From assembly GCF_006345805.1 (NCBI RefSeq), contig NC_043000.1, forward strand, positions 160,208,001-160,272,000: DNA of 64,000 bases. Reading direction: 5' to 3'. Origin of the DNA: Octopus sinensis. Its lineage: Eukaryota. This document shows, in pieces, positions 29,590 through 41,699 of the stretch. Under the pieces are notes generated by a model. That model worked only from the letters and a program-made list of their open reading frames with translations, did not search any database and was not told where the DNA came from. The translations under genes were made by a program, and so were the position numbers. Each line of letters begins with the position of its first letter. The first letter of the stretch is position 1.

Positions 29590-30190
29590 GATCAATATGT
29601 ACCCGGACTGTTGCCATAGTAACGAAATTAAAGTACGAAGGGTACAGCTGCTTGTTACGGATTGACCTTGGATTATTGTGTGCATGCACACTAAGGTTTA
29701 ACGTTTTAGATCATTTCTGCTGTTTACAGTTGTGCCTAGTTATCATCGCATTGATCATGACAGAGAAAGTTGCTCAGAAAGCAACGCAGAGTTGCAGAAA
29801 ATGCATGGAGAGGAGTGCATGAGCCGCACTTCAAACATGGCCGAAAAACTCGATATTGACGAACATTCTGGAAGACCTACAACCATCAGAACTGAGAAAA
29901 ACATCGCAGATGTACGTGCAGCCTTGTGAGGTAATAGTCGAATCACAATCCGTAAGTTATGGGAGGAAGGGCAGATTAGGTACGATTCAGTTCAGTCAAT
30001 TATCACTGAAGTTTTGGGTATGAGACTTGTGTCTGAAATTTTGTGCCCAAACTGCTTTCAGCTGACCAAAATGACACTCGACTTTCAGTTGAACGAGATC
30101 TTCTTGATTGTGTCGATAAAGACGAAAAGTGTTTGAAACTTTGCGTAAGCCTCAGCAATATATCACTAGAAGTGATTCTGTCAACAAAAT
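29590..30190 (+). mobile_element. Mariner 5' part (TIR-like start and transposase N-terminus), degenerate
   Basis: MHGEECMSRT...DEHSGRPTTIRTEKNIADVRA...RITIRKL...IITEVLGMR matches the mariner HTH region. Confidence 0.75.
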
Positions 30191-30945
30191 ACATATTAGA
30201 ATATATTTGAATTTTTCTCTGTGCCTGAATCTAGCCAAACTATTGGAAGGAGAAAAGAAACAGCGCTGGAATTTCAGTTTAATTCAGATGAATTAAATAA
30301 AGGAACTGATTTCCAATGGAGGTTACAACTAAGTAATCTCTGAGCTACACACAAATTTATCAAGGTTAAAAGAGACTGTATATTATACTGCCGATGTATT
30401 TATAACCTATATCATTTTGCTGAATGAAGCAGATCCTAATGCCAGGAATATAGAATTCTTTGACACAAACTCCATTACAGAAATCAACACAAGGAACAGT
30501 GTTTTTCCCTTTACACAGTATAATTAGAGTTGTCTGTATCAACATTAACATTGATTATACAGGCATGGAAGAATTTTAAGCCGCAGAACAAATTGTTTTC
30601 GCAAAATTATACTGTAATTAAAGAAATAATGAAATACTTATTCCGAAGTGGTGAGATGAAAATTATTGTAAGTGATGCTACTTCGTCTTAATTCGGTAAT
30701 ATAATTTCCTGAGTGAGAGATTGGATGTGCCCAGAAATTATGCGTCAATACGGAGTACATCATCAAATTCGAATGGATGTTAAATGTATAACATATATTG
30801 ATTAGTATAGATACCTATTTATACCTACTTATGTGTATGTGTGTATTTATATGCATGAATGTAGATGTTAAAGTGGGAGGTTGTATCTCTGTTTCTCTCT
30901 CGCTCTCTCTCTATTTATCTATCTATCTATCTAGCTAGCTAGCTA

Positions 30946-30977
<32 letters not shown>

Positions 30978-31021
30978 TTTATCTATCTAATTTCTCTATA
31001 TCAGTCTGTCCGTCTGTCTAT

Positions 31022-31057
<36 letters not shown>

Positions 31058-31129
31058 ATCAATAACACATACATATATACATACATGCCTACTTGGCGAT
31101 TGCTTCAACTTCACAGATGATTAAGTCTT

Positions 31130-31720
31130 TTTGTGCTTCAGTGTTGTGAATGGCCTTTTTGATTTTTCCTCCGTGACCTCTTAGATGTGTCATTATTCAG
31201 ATGAAGATCTGCATGGTTTGTAGCATAGATAACAAATGAAAGTTATTGCACACTTCCAACAGTCACCACTCTTCCATCTGCACACGTCACTACTCTTCCA
31301 CCTGCACACGTCACTACTCTTCCATCTGCACACGTCACTACTCTTCCATCTGCACACGTCACCACTCTTCCATCTGCACACGTCACCATTCTTCCATCAC
31401 CAGACAAGCAGAAGATAGAATAACAAATGACGACACCATAAAGACATGGCTGTACTTCGTTGGATTATAGTTATAAATGCCTCCGTACGTTTTGCCTTTT
31501 ATATCTGATATACACGTGGATAACAAGTCTGAACGTAGGCTGAGAATATTAGATACACTCACCGATGGTCATCATCGATACGCTGGAGTACTTACTGTCG
31601 ATGTTCTTGACATGCTGGATGACATCGTCTGTCTTCATAACGACCGACCTTTATGAATTTATTCCTATTAGTCATTGATGATACTCAGTGAGATGCCTTG
31701 AGCTCTTTTCTGACTCGAAA
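31130..31720 (-). mobile_element. RTE-like LINE 3' remnant interrupted by minisatellite
   Basis: Terminal FICYLCYKPCRSS finger-like motif; weak upstream similarity to the RTE RT tail. Confidence 0.3.
31262..31398. repeat. 24-bp minisatellite, about 5.7 units (gtcac[c/t]actcttccatctgcacac)
   Basis: Direct reading. Confidence 0.95.
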
Positions 31721-32815
31721 TATAAAACACCGACCCACGTTAAAACAACTAACGACGTCTGAATCTCACTTCTAAGGCACTGGAATATGGTGTTACTTTT
31801 TCATTTCCTGTGTTGCCGTGCAATATTACTATAAGTCTTCTTCCATTTATCATCCTCCGCACTTCAGTAGACAAATGTACATCACACTTTGGTACATCCG
31901 CGCGCGTACGCACACACACACACATACACACACACACATATACATATCCTTATGAAGTATACCCAGTACCGCCTTATTGTCATTACGTTGGAGAGTATAC
32001 TTTCTGATGTCATAATAGGTGATTATAATAAGCAGCTTTTGCACATGTGTACCCATATATATACATAGACATACATACATATATATATATATGCATATAC
32101 ATACATTTATTTGTATATATATATATATTTATATAAATGTGTATATGTATATGGACATATATATATATATGCATGTATATATATATATAAATATATTACA
32201 TATATACATATACATATATATATATATATATATAAATATATTATATATATATAGGTCGGTATACACACACATACACACACATACATACATATATATATGT
32301 GGACATATATATATATATTATATATATATATATCTTATTATAAAAGGCAGATTTTATCTGCCTCCCTTTGGGAGTTATACAAATCTATAATATAGGATTT
32401 CTTCAATTACAATTTACCTAGCATTTTTAAGAGTACAATGCATCGCGTCATGCCAGGTCCAGTTTTTAAAATTTAACCTCCAATTAAGCAAAATTTACAG
32501 AAAACTCACATTCTGGTGTGTGTGTGTCAAATGTTTTTCTTAATGTGGTTTACACCACACGCAAACGCACACACACACAAAGGGAGCGAATTGTTTCACT
32601 GACGCTATCACCCTTCTCCTCCTTTGTCTTTGCAAGTTGGGAGCTATTAAAGTGAAAACAGTGAATCCGACAGCGATTAAGAACACGAATTAGCACCTGA
32701 ATGGAGTGAAAATTTAAAAACTGTTTTTTTCGGTGATTTTTCTGAAGAAACTGCACCAAGCCACAGACTTTCCCAGAAGAGTAAAGCCTTACACTATTTC
32801 TATTTACTTTTTCGA

Positions 32816-33013
32816 ATGAGACCATTTAAAATCATTACGGCAGAAACGAAACGTTACGCTAAACGTAAACAAAGCGAAAGAAACGATAGTTTCTTATTTC
32901 CCACAACCTTAAATGAAATTAAGGCCTATTTTGCCATAAATATTATTATGGGTATCAGAAAGTTACCCAGAATAACAAATTCTATTGTAAAATTGTGTTG
33001 TATACCCAATTGA
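32816..33013 (+). pseudogene. piggyBac-type (DDE_Tnp_1_7) transposase fragment
   Basis: IITAETKRYA...PTTLNEIKAYFAINIIMGIRKLPRI matches the ETN.YA...T..EI.AF.G..I.MG...LP motif. Confidence 0.75.
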
Positions 33014-33651
33014 ATATTAGCTAATAACCCATTTTCTATAGCGATGTTTGAACAGAATTTTAATAATTTTACAGAAAGTTATCCAGAATAACAAATTCTA
33101 TCGTAAAATTTTGTTGTATACCCAATTGAATATTAGCTAATAACCCATTTTCTATAGCGATGTTTGAACAAAATTTTAATAATTTTACAGAAAGTTACCC
33201 AGAATAACAAATTCTATCGTAAAATTTTGTTGTATACCCAATTGAATATTAGCTAATAACCCATTTTCTATAGCGATGTTTGAACAAAATTTTAATAATT
33301 TTACAGAAAGTTACCCAGAATAACAAATTCTATTGTAAAATTTTGTTGTATACCCAATTGAATATTAGCTAATAACCCATTTTCTATAGCGATGTTTCAA
33401 CAAAATTTTAATAATTTTACAGAAAGTTACCCAGAATAACAAATTCAATTGTAAAATTTTGTTGTATACCCAATTGAATATTAGCTAATAACCCATTTTC
33501 TATAGCGATGTTTGAACAAAATTTTAATAATTTTACAGAAAGTTACCCAGAATAACAAATTCTATCGTAAAATTTTGTTGTATACCCAATTGAATATTAG
33601 CTAATAACCCATTTTCTATAGCGATGTTTGAACAAAATTTTAATAATTTTA
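32956..33651. repeat. Six tandem 116-bp units
   Basis: Unit starts at 32956, 33072, 33188, 33304, 33420, 33536; only 1-2 substitutions per unit. Confidence 0.95.
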
Positions 33652-34000
33652 TATATTGTTGAATTTACCTGTATCTACCTGCAATTAGAGTCACTTTGTG
33701 ACAAAAATTATAGTATAGAATTGGTTGAGGACATTTCATTAAATTATCTTCCAAAAATCACATTAATATTTTGATAAATAAAAAAGTTATAGTTGTTTAA
33801 TGAAACCAGACTAAATTTATGATTACGTTAGAAATTAATTGAAACACATAAGGGGTGTATTTTGGTCAGAAATATAGTAACGAAAGGATTAAGAAAAACC
33901 AAAAAATATTTTATTCTTTATAAATGTTGTATTCAAAATAACATTTTCTTTTAAGAATGCGTATATAACAAAGTATGTGTATATAACTACGTGGCTTATA

Positions 34001-34397
34001 TCTTTATATATAAGAGTGAAGTTGTGTGTCTGTCTCCTACGATTTAGATTCCTAACTACTCCCACATTTTGCGGTGCAGTGTAACCAAAACCGGGTATCT
34101 TATAGTCGTGATTCATATCGAGCCCTTCTGGGTATTAGCGCGCGTCTACGATGAGTCTACGATTTTAAAAAAATTACCATCATATTTGTCCATTTTAATG
34201 CATTTTTTTCGCTATTATATAAGGGAAGTAACTCTCTAAAAATATCTATGATGTGTCAACGATTTAAAAAGAAATTTACCTTAATTTTTTTTCCATTTTT
34301 TATGCATTTTTTTCCTATTTTTTGGCTATAACTCTCTAAAAATGCTTATATAGTTATTTCCCTTACAAACCCGAGCAACGCCGGGCGATACTGCTAG
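34001..34397 (+). mobile_element. Non-autonomous Helitron family A, copy 2
   Basis: A|TC...hairpin...CTAG|T; homologous to 547-991. Confidence 0.88.
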
Positions 34398-34640
34398 TCT
34401 TATTATAAAAGGCAGATTTTATCTGCCTCCCTTTGTCAGTTATAGAAATCTACAATATAGGATTTCTTCAATTACAATTTACCTAGCATTTTTAAGAGAA
34501 GAATGCATCGAGTCATGCCAGGTCCAGTTTTTAAAATTTAAACTCCAATTAAGCAAAATTTACAGAAAACTCACATTCTGGTGTGTATGTCAAATGCTTT
34601 TCTTAATGTGGTTTACACCACACGCACACGCACACACACA
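34398..34640 (+). mobile_element. Helitron family B 5' end, copy 2
   Basis: Homologous to 32333-32570; starts at the base immediately after the family A CTAG. Confidence 0.7.
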
Positions 34641-34894
34641 GTGTGCAACGAATAAACTGAAACTAATTCACTGTGTGTGTGTTGACAGGTAGACAATAGA
34701 ATGCGATGGCGATGGCGATGTAATATTTGTTTCTGTCTATGACGCTGATAGATACATGAGTAAAATGTATGGCAAGCTAAGAGATAAGAGTGAGTGAAAA
34801 TATTCTTGGAAGAGAGTAAATAGCAAGAGAGTGATTTGAGGAAGACTTTACATTAAATAACCGTAGTGGCTTGTATATATATATATATATACAT

Positions 34895-35150
34895 GCATAA
34901 GACAGTAAGGTGTGATTTGAGGGAGATTTGGCTGCTATTTCTGCCATGTAAGGGTCTCCCTCATAGGCTCATACATACATATATACATAGATAAGACAGT
35001 AAGGTGTGATTTGGGGGAAATTTGGCTGCTATTTCTACCAGGTCTAGCTACCATGTAGAGGTCCCCCTCATTGGCTCATATATATATACATACATAAGAC
35101 AGTAAGGTGTGATTTGAGGGAGATTTGGCTGCTGTTTCTACCAGGTCTGT
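34895..35150 (+). repeat. Three tandem copies of a SINE-tail-like 80-100 bp unit
   Basis: ataagacagtaaggtgtgatttg(a/g)ggga(g/a)atttggctgct repeated three times, separated by TA/CA runs. Confidence 0.8.
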
Positions 35151-35509
35151 TAGGCCTTCTCATGTAAACTCAAGCTTTCTCATGCCTTGAACATAAGACC
35201 AAAGCAGAGAATGTATTCTTTTATTCTTCTGCTTTTTCCAGCCATTGGTCTGTGGCCATGCTGGGGCAATCCCTTGAAGAATTGTAGTTTAATGAATCAA
35301 CTCCAGTTTTATTTTTGTAAGCATTGTACTTATTCTATCTGTTTCCTTTGTCAAACCACTAGGTGACAGGGATGTAAACAAACCAACATTCGTTGTCAAG
35401 CAGTGGTGGAGGACAATCACAAGCACAGACACGCACACACACACACATACATGCATACACATATACACACACACATACATACATATATATATATGTGTGT
35501 ATATATATA

Positions 35510-35768
35510 TTGCAGCGTGGAAGGTGTTTGTAAGCCATTTAAGAAACACACAAAAACCGTTAGATTCACTTCAACATTTAAATTTAATTTGCCAAAATAT
35601 TTTCCTCGCTTTGAGACCGCGACCTGTTCACTGACAAAAATATCGTGCTAACAGGTCGCGGTCTCAAAGCGACGAAAATATTTTGGCAAATTAAATTTAA
35701 ATGTTGAAGTGAATCTAACGGTTTTTGTGTGTTTCTTAAATGGCTTATAAACACCTTCAACGCTGCAA
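35510..35768. repeat. Near-perfect palindrome: 119-bp arms, 21-nt spacer
   Basis: 35510-35628 vs 35650-35768, 3 mismatches. Confidence 0.95.
35588..35638 (-). ncRNA. Minimal type-I hammerhead with G3-C8 swapped core
   Basis: Minus strand tttgtca-GTGAACA-g-GTCGC(ggtctcaaa)GCGAg-GAAA-ATATT-t-tggcaaa: 7-bp stem I, palindromic AATATT stem III; the opposite arm has the intact GCGAC stem II. Confidence 0.6.
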
Positions 35769-35926
35769 CTGTTTTCGTTTAAGCACACGATCTCAGATCA
35801 AGTCACTTGCTATGCAAGTACATCTCTGTAACTATATATATATTTATATATATATATGTATATTGGTAAAAACAGTAAGATAACAAAAGAAAGAAAGAGA
35901 CCTCAATATTATGTAAATAGAGGAAA

Positions 35927-36321
35927 TCTTTATATATAAAAGTGAGGTTGTGTGTCTGTCTCCTACGATTTAGATTCCTAACTACTCCCACATTTTGCGG
36001 TGCAGTTTAACCAAAACCGGGTATCTTATAGTCGTGATTCATATCGAGCCCGTCTGGGTATTAGCGCGCGTCTACGATGAGTCTACGATTTAAAAAAAAA
36101 ATTACCATCAATTCTTCCCATTTTTAATCCATTTTTGACATATATAAGGGAAGTAACTCTCTAAAATTTATTATTAAATCTCAGAAGGTAAAAAGCTACA
36201 GTAACACCCCTCCCCCTTTGTGGTTAGCCATATTGAGATGGCTATTATACTTTACATCTCTAAAAATGCTTATATAATTATTTCCCTTACAAACCCGAGC
36301 AACGCCGGGCGATACTGCTAG
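35927..36321 (+). mobile_element. Non-autonomous Helitron family A, copy 3
   Basis: A|TC...hairpin...CTAG|T; internal segment about 36175-36255 differs from the other copies. Confidence 0.88.
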
Positions 36322-38935
36322 TATATATATATATATATTGATATACACACATACAAAGCTATACATATCTTGTACACGCGTTAGAATAGTATTACTATTA
36401 ATATACTTCAGTTTTGAATCGATATAGAACAATCAGCATCATGGCAATTTCATTGTAGCAGCTAGAAATAAAGTGAATCGATGAATTAGTTTATCATTTT
36501 TTTTTATGCTTCTTTCTTAATTTTCCTGTATTGTTTGTGTTATTGTGTTTAATATTTAAATCATTTCACAAATATTTCCTTGTACGAAATGTTTGCCAAG
36601 AGATGTAGAAGCACCCACGCAGATGGTAAGACGAGAATGCATCACGAGAGGCAGTGTTTTGCTAATTTTTATGCTTCTTTTCTTAATTTTGTTTTTCGGT
36701 TTATAGTTGCTGCTGTTGTGTTGATTTTTGTTCTCGTTGTTGTTCTTTCTGGTTTTGCTGGTGGTGACGGCGGTGAACGTGATGGCAGTGGTAGCGGTGG
36801 TGATAATGATCGTGGTGGTGGTGGTGATGGTGGTGGTGGTGGAGGTTGTGATGGAGGTAGTGCTGGTGGATAATGGCGATGATAGTAGTTGTGGTGGTAA
36901 TATTCTTGCTTGTTATTATTGTAGTTTTGACAGAGATTGTAATGTCAGAGATAACGATGACGATGGTTGTCATAGCTACAGGGATTGTGTGTTATGGTTT
37001 TGGTTATAGTAATTGCATCGGTAGCTGTGATGTCAGGGATGAATTCGAGAATGGAGGTGGTACTTTTGCAAACTGTGTGGTCTTGTGTTTGTTCCAACAA
37101 TAACCGCGACATTACCATAAACAGCATGTGTCCTGTAAGGTTTTACATCGTATCACTTTTCTGGTTTTGTTGTGTCTTTGTAAAAATCAGTGCTATTATT
37201 TGGTACAGACACTGCAGAACACTAAGCTAAGTATCTTACCAGAGTGAATTTAAATATAATGACGAATATATATTTATCGTTGCAAAAAAATAGGATGTTA
37301 GAAGGATTATGATGAATGTATTTTACAATCTATGGATTATTTGCCAAAATAGGTGCAATGTCATATAAAATAAGACGAGCTGTCCTTTCTAGCAAACAAA
37401 TAGAAATACTTCGTTTGGTCGAATATTTCCGTAGATAAACTTGTAGTTCCAACTATATCTATTACAATTACAACAACAGTATCAACAATAGTTAGAACAG
37501 TAGTAGATTTAACCATGACTACTCTGTGATATGGGATTCGTAGAGTCAAAACCAGAGGTTACAGGACAACCAGATGAAGAATGAGTTACTTATAATCTGT
37601 CATTACTAATAAACCAGATTGTAACTGAGATATTCCACGGTAAATACAAAGTCAACGAAAAATGGATGTCAAGCAGAGTCATCAAATACGCGAGCGCAAG
37701 AGATCTTTATTGCGTAACAATGTTCTAAGCTATTGAGCTATGGTCTTTCCACATCACAGTGAAACCCGAAAGATCTCGTTAAATGCTCTCAATGACCTGT
37801 TATATGGAATAGTATGTACATTTTCCTTACGAAGGAGGAGCCTGAGTCTGAACGCTCGACTTGCTAGAAATGCCTGAAAACCCTTTCCTTGGAACCAAAC
37901 TCTACTGTCTTAAATACACTTGTCTTGTCCACAGCAGATTTTTTATCGAATACAATTCGTAAAGTCAATGGTAGTATAATGCAGTGAGACGAGAGATATA
38001 AATTATTCAGAATTACTGAACAAGTAGAACATGTGCAATGCCGCAGAAAGAGACCAAGCAAACCAGCGAGCTTGAGAGAAAGAGCGAGAATGTGTGTGAG
38101 AGAGAAAGGAAGAAAGGAAGAGAGAGTGAGTAACAGAGAGAGAACTACACTAATCTAGGAAGTAGGAGTGTATTTAAGATTAAGTCGACATTTTCGGCAA
38201 AGCATTAATATATGATTAATGCCAGTCTAAGCACCTTCAGAGACCGAACAACAGGTTTGTATATTTGGATTTGAACAATGAATATCAATACACTGTGAGA
38301 TATACTCAATTGCTTTTAATATTTGATAATGTAATAACACATGTATAATCTGAATATTTTATGGAAATTTAAAGATTTATAGTCATAATTAAGAAACTAT
38401 AAACACTTAAGAAGCCATACAAATATGTTAAGACACTCATACATATTATGAGTATGTAAAAGTATATGTGCATATATGCTTGTTGTTAAGTTTTATTTCG
38501 AGATTTACTGCTGCTCGAGAAAGAATTAGTTCCAAACATATGTAAATCGAAGGCTCAACACGAAAATATGTTCGCTTGTTTGTATGTATGAAAATATTTG
38601 GAGTCAGTGCATGTGAAAATCCATGTGCTTATTACTGCATGTCTAGACTTGTGCATGAGTAGTTACCTGCTAAAACTTTGAAAAGTTTTACATATTTTGA
38701 TAGTTCCATTCAGGGCTTACATCTATAATGTATGTTTGCATATATAATGTATGTATGTATTTATGTATTGTACGAGCAAAACACCCCCCCCCCGTCCAAT
38801 GGACGGTGCTGACTTGTCAAACATTTAAACCAAATTTTCTCAAAGCACCTTGTCCGACCGCCACATAGGCCTCCCCTTTGAGAAACACTGATTTAGCCTA
38901 AATTTGAGACCCCGTACGCGTAGTATCGATCGCAA

Positions 38936-39141
38936 CAGCTGATGTACTTGCACGTACAAATGTACGTTATCACGACTTTATCGATAGCATTCTCATCTGG
39001 AATCAATTTTTGTAATTTTTCCAAGACTTATAGACGCCCTGATACCTGTGTCATATAAAATTTGAGCGCAATAGGATGGAGGATGCCCGAGATCCTAGAA
39101 GACACACACACACACAGACAGAACGGATTTTATATAATAGA
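38936..39141 (-). mobile_element. Short Helitron-like element
   Basis: Minus strand begins A|TCTATTATATAAAATCCG; ends with gtac-gtgcaa-gtac hairpin and a degenerate CT(A)GT. Confidence 0.4.
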
Positions 39142-39182
39142 TATATGCGTGTATTTATGTAGGTATGTATGTATGTACGTAT

Positions 39183-39500
39183 GAAGGTACATGGTTAAGT
39201 GGTTAGAGTATCAGGCTCGCAATCATGAGGCAGTGAGTTCGATTCCCAGACCGCGCTATGTGTTGCTTTCTCGTGCAAGACACTTTATTTCACGTCGCTC
39301 CAGTTGTAGAAATCAGTTGCGACGTCAGTGGTACCAAGCCTTTTCGATCTTTGTTTTTCCCTTGGATAACATCTGTGGCGTGGAGAGGGGAGGCTGGTAT
39401 GCGTGGCTGACTGCTGGTCTTCCATAAAATGGCTTGCTCGGACTTGTGCCTCGGCCTGTAACTTTCTAGATGCAATCCTATGGTCATTCATGAACATAGA
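39183..39500 (+). mobile_element. tRNA-derived SINE
   Basis: A-box-like tggttaagtggttag and B-box gagttcgattccc. Confidence 0.65.
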
Positions 39501-39721
39501 GGGTCTTTACTTTTTATGTATGTATGTATGCATGTCATCATTCAGTTTTATTTGAAGATTTCTTGACAATAGAGAAAGAGCCGGTTTCTAACCTTAAATT
39601 TCAACATCAACAAAATAGTATACTTGTTTGTACGTATGCGTTTGTATGTATGTTTTGTTTAATGCATGTCTTCACATGCATATACTTGCATTTCTAGACA
39701 TGCTCATGTATATATATATAC

Positions 39722-39990
39722 TTAAATGATAAACTTCTTGAAAGTTTTACAGATATTTACAGTTCCAGTGATGGTTTGCTTCTGTAATCTTCGAATTAGC
39801 TTTCTTCTTTCTGGTTTGGAGAAGCGTAATTTCTCAAGATTGGTATTTAGGCAGTGTGTTACATATCCCAGTGTCCCAATAATTACAGTTATGGACCTGA
39901 ACTCGTATTCTGTATAGAGTAACTGGAGATCTTTCAATAGTTCGGCGTAAGTATTCTTCTTTTCACTGCTCTTCAGCTTTATGTTATCAC
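39722..39990 (-). mobile_element. RLE-type LINE extreme C-terminus
   Basis: EKKNTYAELLKDLQLLY...IIGTLGYV...RLQKQTITGTVNICKTF (ORF 39722-39937). Confidence 0.75.
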
Positions 39991-40214
39991 AGTTTATCTT
40001 CTCTGTCTCAGATCATTATATCAGGTCTATTGTGTTTATATTGTATTGTGGTTTTCACTGGAACATCTATCTATCTAGCTATACACATCTATCTATCTTT
40101 CTGTCTTTTTATCTATCTATTCATCTAAAACGGAGGAAACAATTTCACAGAAGTTAACATTTTAAAGTGCAAGTTCATATCTAGGTCGTATGTCTATTAT
40201 ATATTTGTACGCAA

Positions 40215-40445
40215 AGGCGGCGAGCTGGCAGAAACGTTAGCACGCCGGGCGAAATGCGTAGACGTATTTCGTCTGCTGTTACATTCTGAGTTCAAATTCC
40301 GCCGAGGTCGACTTTGCCTTTCATCCTTTCGGAGGTCGATAAATTAAGTACCAGTTAAGCACTGGGGGTCGATGTAATCGTCTTAATCCGTTTGTCTGTC
40401 CTTGTTTGTCCCCTCTGTTTAGCCCCTTGTGGGTAATAAAGAAAC
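40215..40445 (+). mobile_element. tRNA-derived SINE (second family)
   Basis: ggcggcgagctggcagaa...gagttcaaattcc A/B-box-like head. Confidence 0.7.
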
Positions 40446-41699
40446 ATATATATTTGTACGCATTCGAGTACCAATCTAAAAAGAGAGTTGCTCAGCTTAT
40501 TTATCTGCGGCCAATAGCGAAGGGAGATTCCAAGCTTATGGTAGTTCCCGTTTTATAAATCAAATATTTTGTGCCAATGCTTGTATTATCAATAAGATAA
40601 ACAAAATGACATTTAACCTTACACTTGTGCATATTTCTTTTCATTCGAACGAATTTCCTGATAGCTAAATCATCTTCCAAAAATAACAGAAAACTCTGTC
40701 ACGCTTATTCTTTTATTCTCTTGCACACGCACATTAAGTATGTGATTTTCATAATATATATGATTGTGTTGTGTATGAATGCGTGTCTACGTGTGTGTAT
40801 GTGTGTGTGTGTGTGCGTGTGTGCGCTCGCAAGAGCGACTTTATGTAATAAATCTATTTAAAAGTCGCAAATCGTGCACTGTGTATTGTTACTGAACTTC
40901 GGACAAACATGAAAAAAATGTAGCATAAAATTCTCATATTAATTAACATTGTGAAGTCTTGTCTGTGACTAGCCTCAGAACAATAATTGTTCTTGGAAAA
41001 TTATAAAAGCCGTGAATGTAAGTAAATTATTGAAAAATCTACGAACATATATATACATGAAAAATCTATGTATATGCTGATATGCAACAATTATATTTAC
41101 TTTGTCTATTAATCTGTTTAAATATTGTATATTTCAACAGATTAATAGACAAAATAGAATTGCTGCATATCAGTATATACATATATTTTTCATGTATGCA
41201 TATATATATATATATGTTCGTGCATCTTTCTATAATTTCAAGTGATAAGAGTCATTATAGATATTTAAAGTTATTTTGCAAAACAGAATGTATCTTCATT
41301 TAACAATAAATAACATATGTGTATTTATCAAACACGGAAACTATAATTGTTGAGAAGAGTGTGCTGGGAACGGGTGAATTGTTTGGTATATAAAACATTA
41401 TTTTCGCAGAAGTGTAGCAACCATTTGTTTCTAAATATCAGTTTAGATTCAGAAAAATTCTAACACATATTTCTCTGAATAGCTCTATGAGGTCTTCTCT
41501 CAATCTGGTTAGTTCTTGACAGTTCATGTTGTGTGAGAATATACAATCGTCGTTTCTCTATAAATCTTTCTTACAAGAAAGGAAATATTTTTATGTAGGA
41601 GGTCCAAAATATAAATTCCGATAATTTCACGCAAATCTGCTTATTGTGATATCCTATTGGGATATCAATTCATTCGACGTCACCTTTTAAGCCAAAAAT

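Larger units (their letters stand above)
32333..33890 (+). mobile_element. Helitron family B (5' TCTTATTATAAAAGGCAG), 3' end not seen; contains piggyBac fragment and tandem array
   Basis: A|TC start; first about 230 bp shared with 34398-34640. Confidence 0.55.

Noticed and set aside
32956-33651. Regular repeats (also 31262-31398) as a CRISPR-like array
   Set aside because: Units are contiguous with no unique spacers; eukaryotic context; no cas genes.
36690-37070. Gly/Val/Thr-rich ORFs (also 21760-21870, 43458-43750)
   Set aside because: Degenerate GGT/GAT/CAA trinucleotide low-complexity DNA.
39183-39260. tRNA gene candidates (also SINE heads at 4780-4852, 40215, 57263)
   Set aside because: A/B boxes present but no complete cloverleaf; continuous with SINE bodies.
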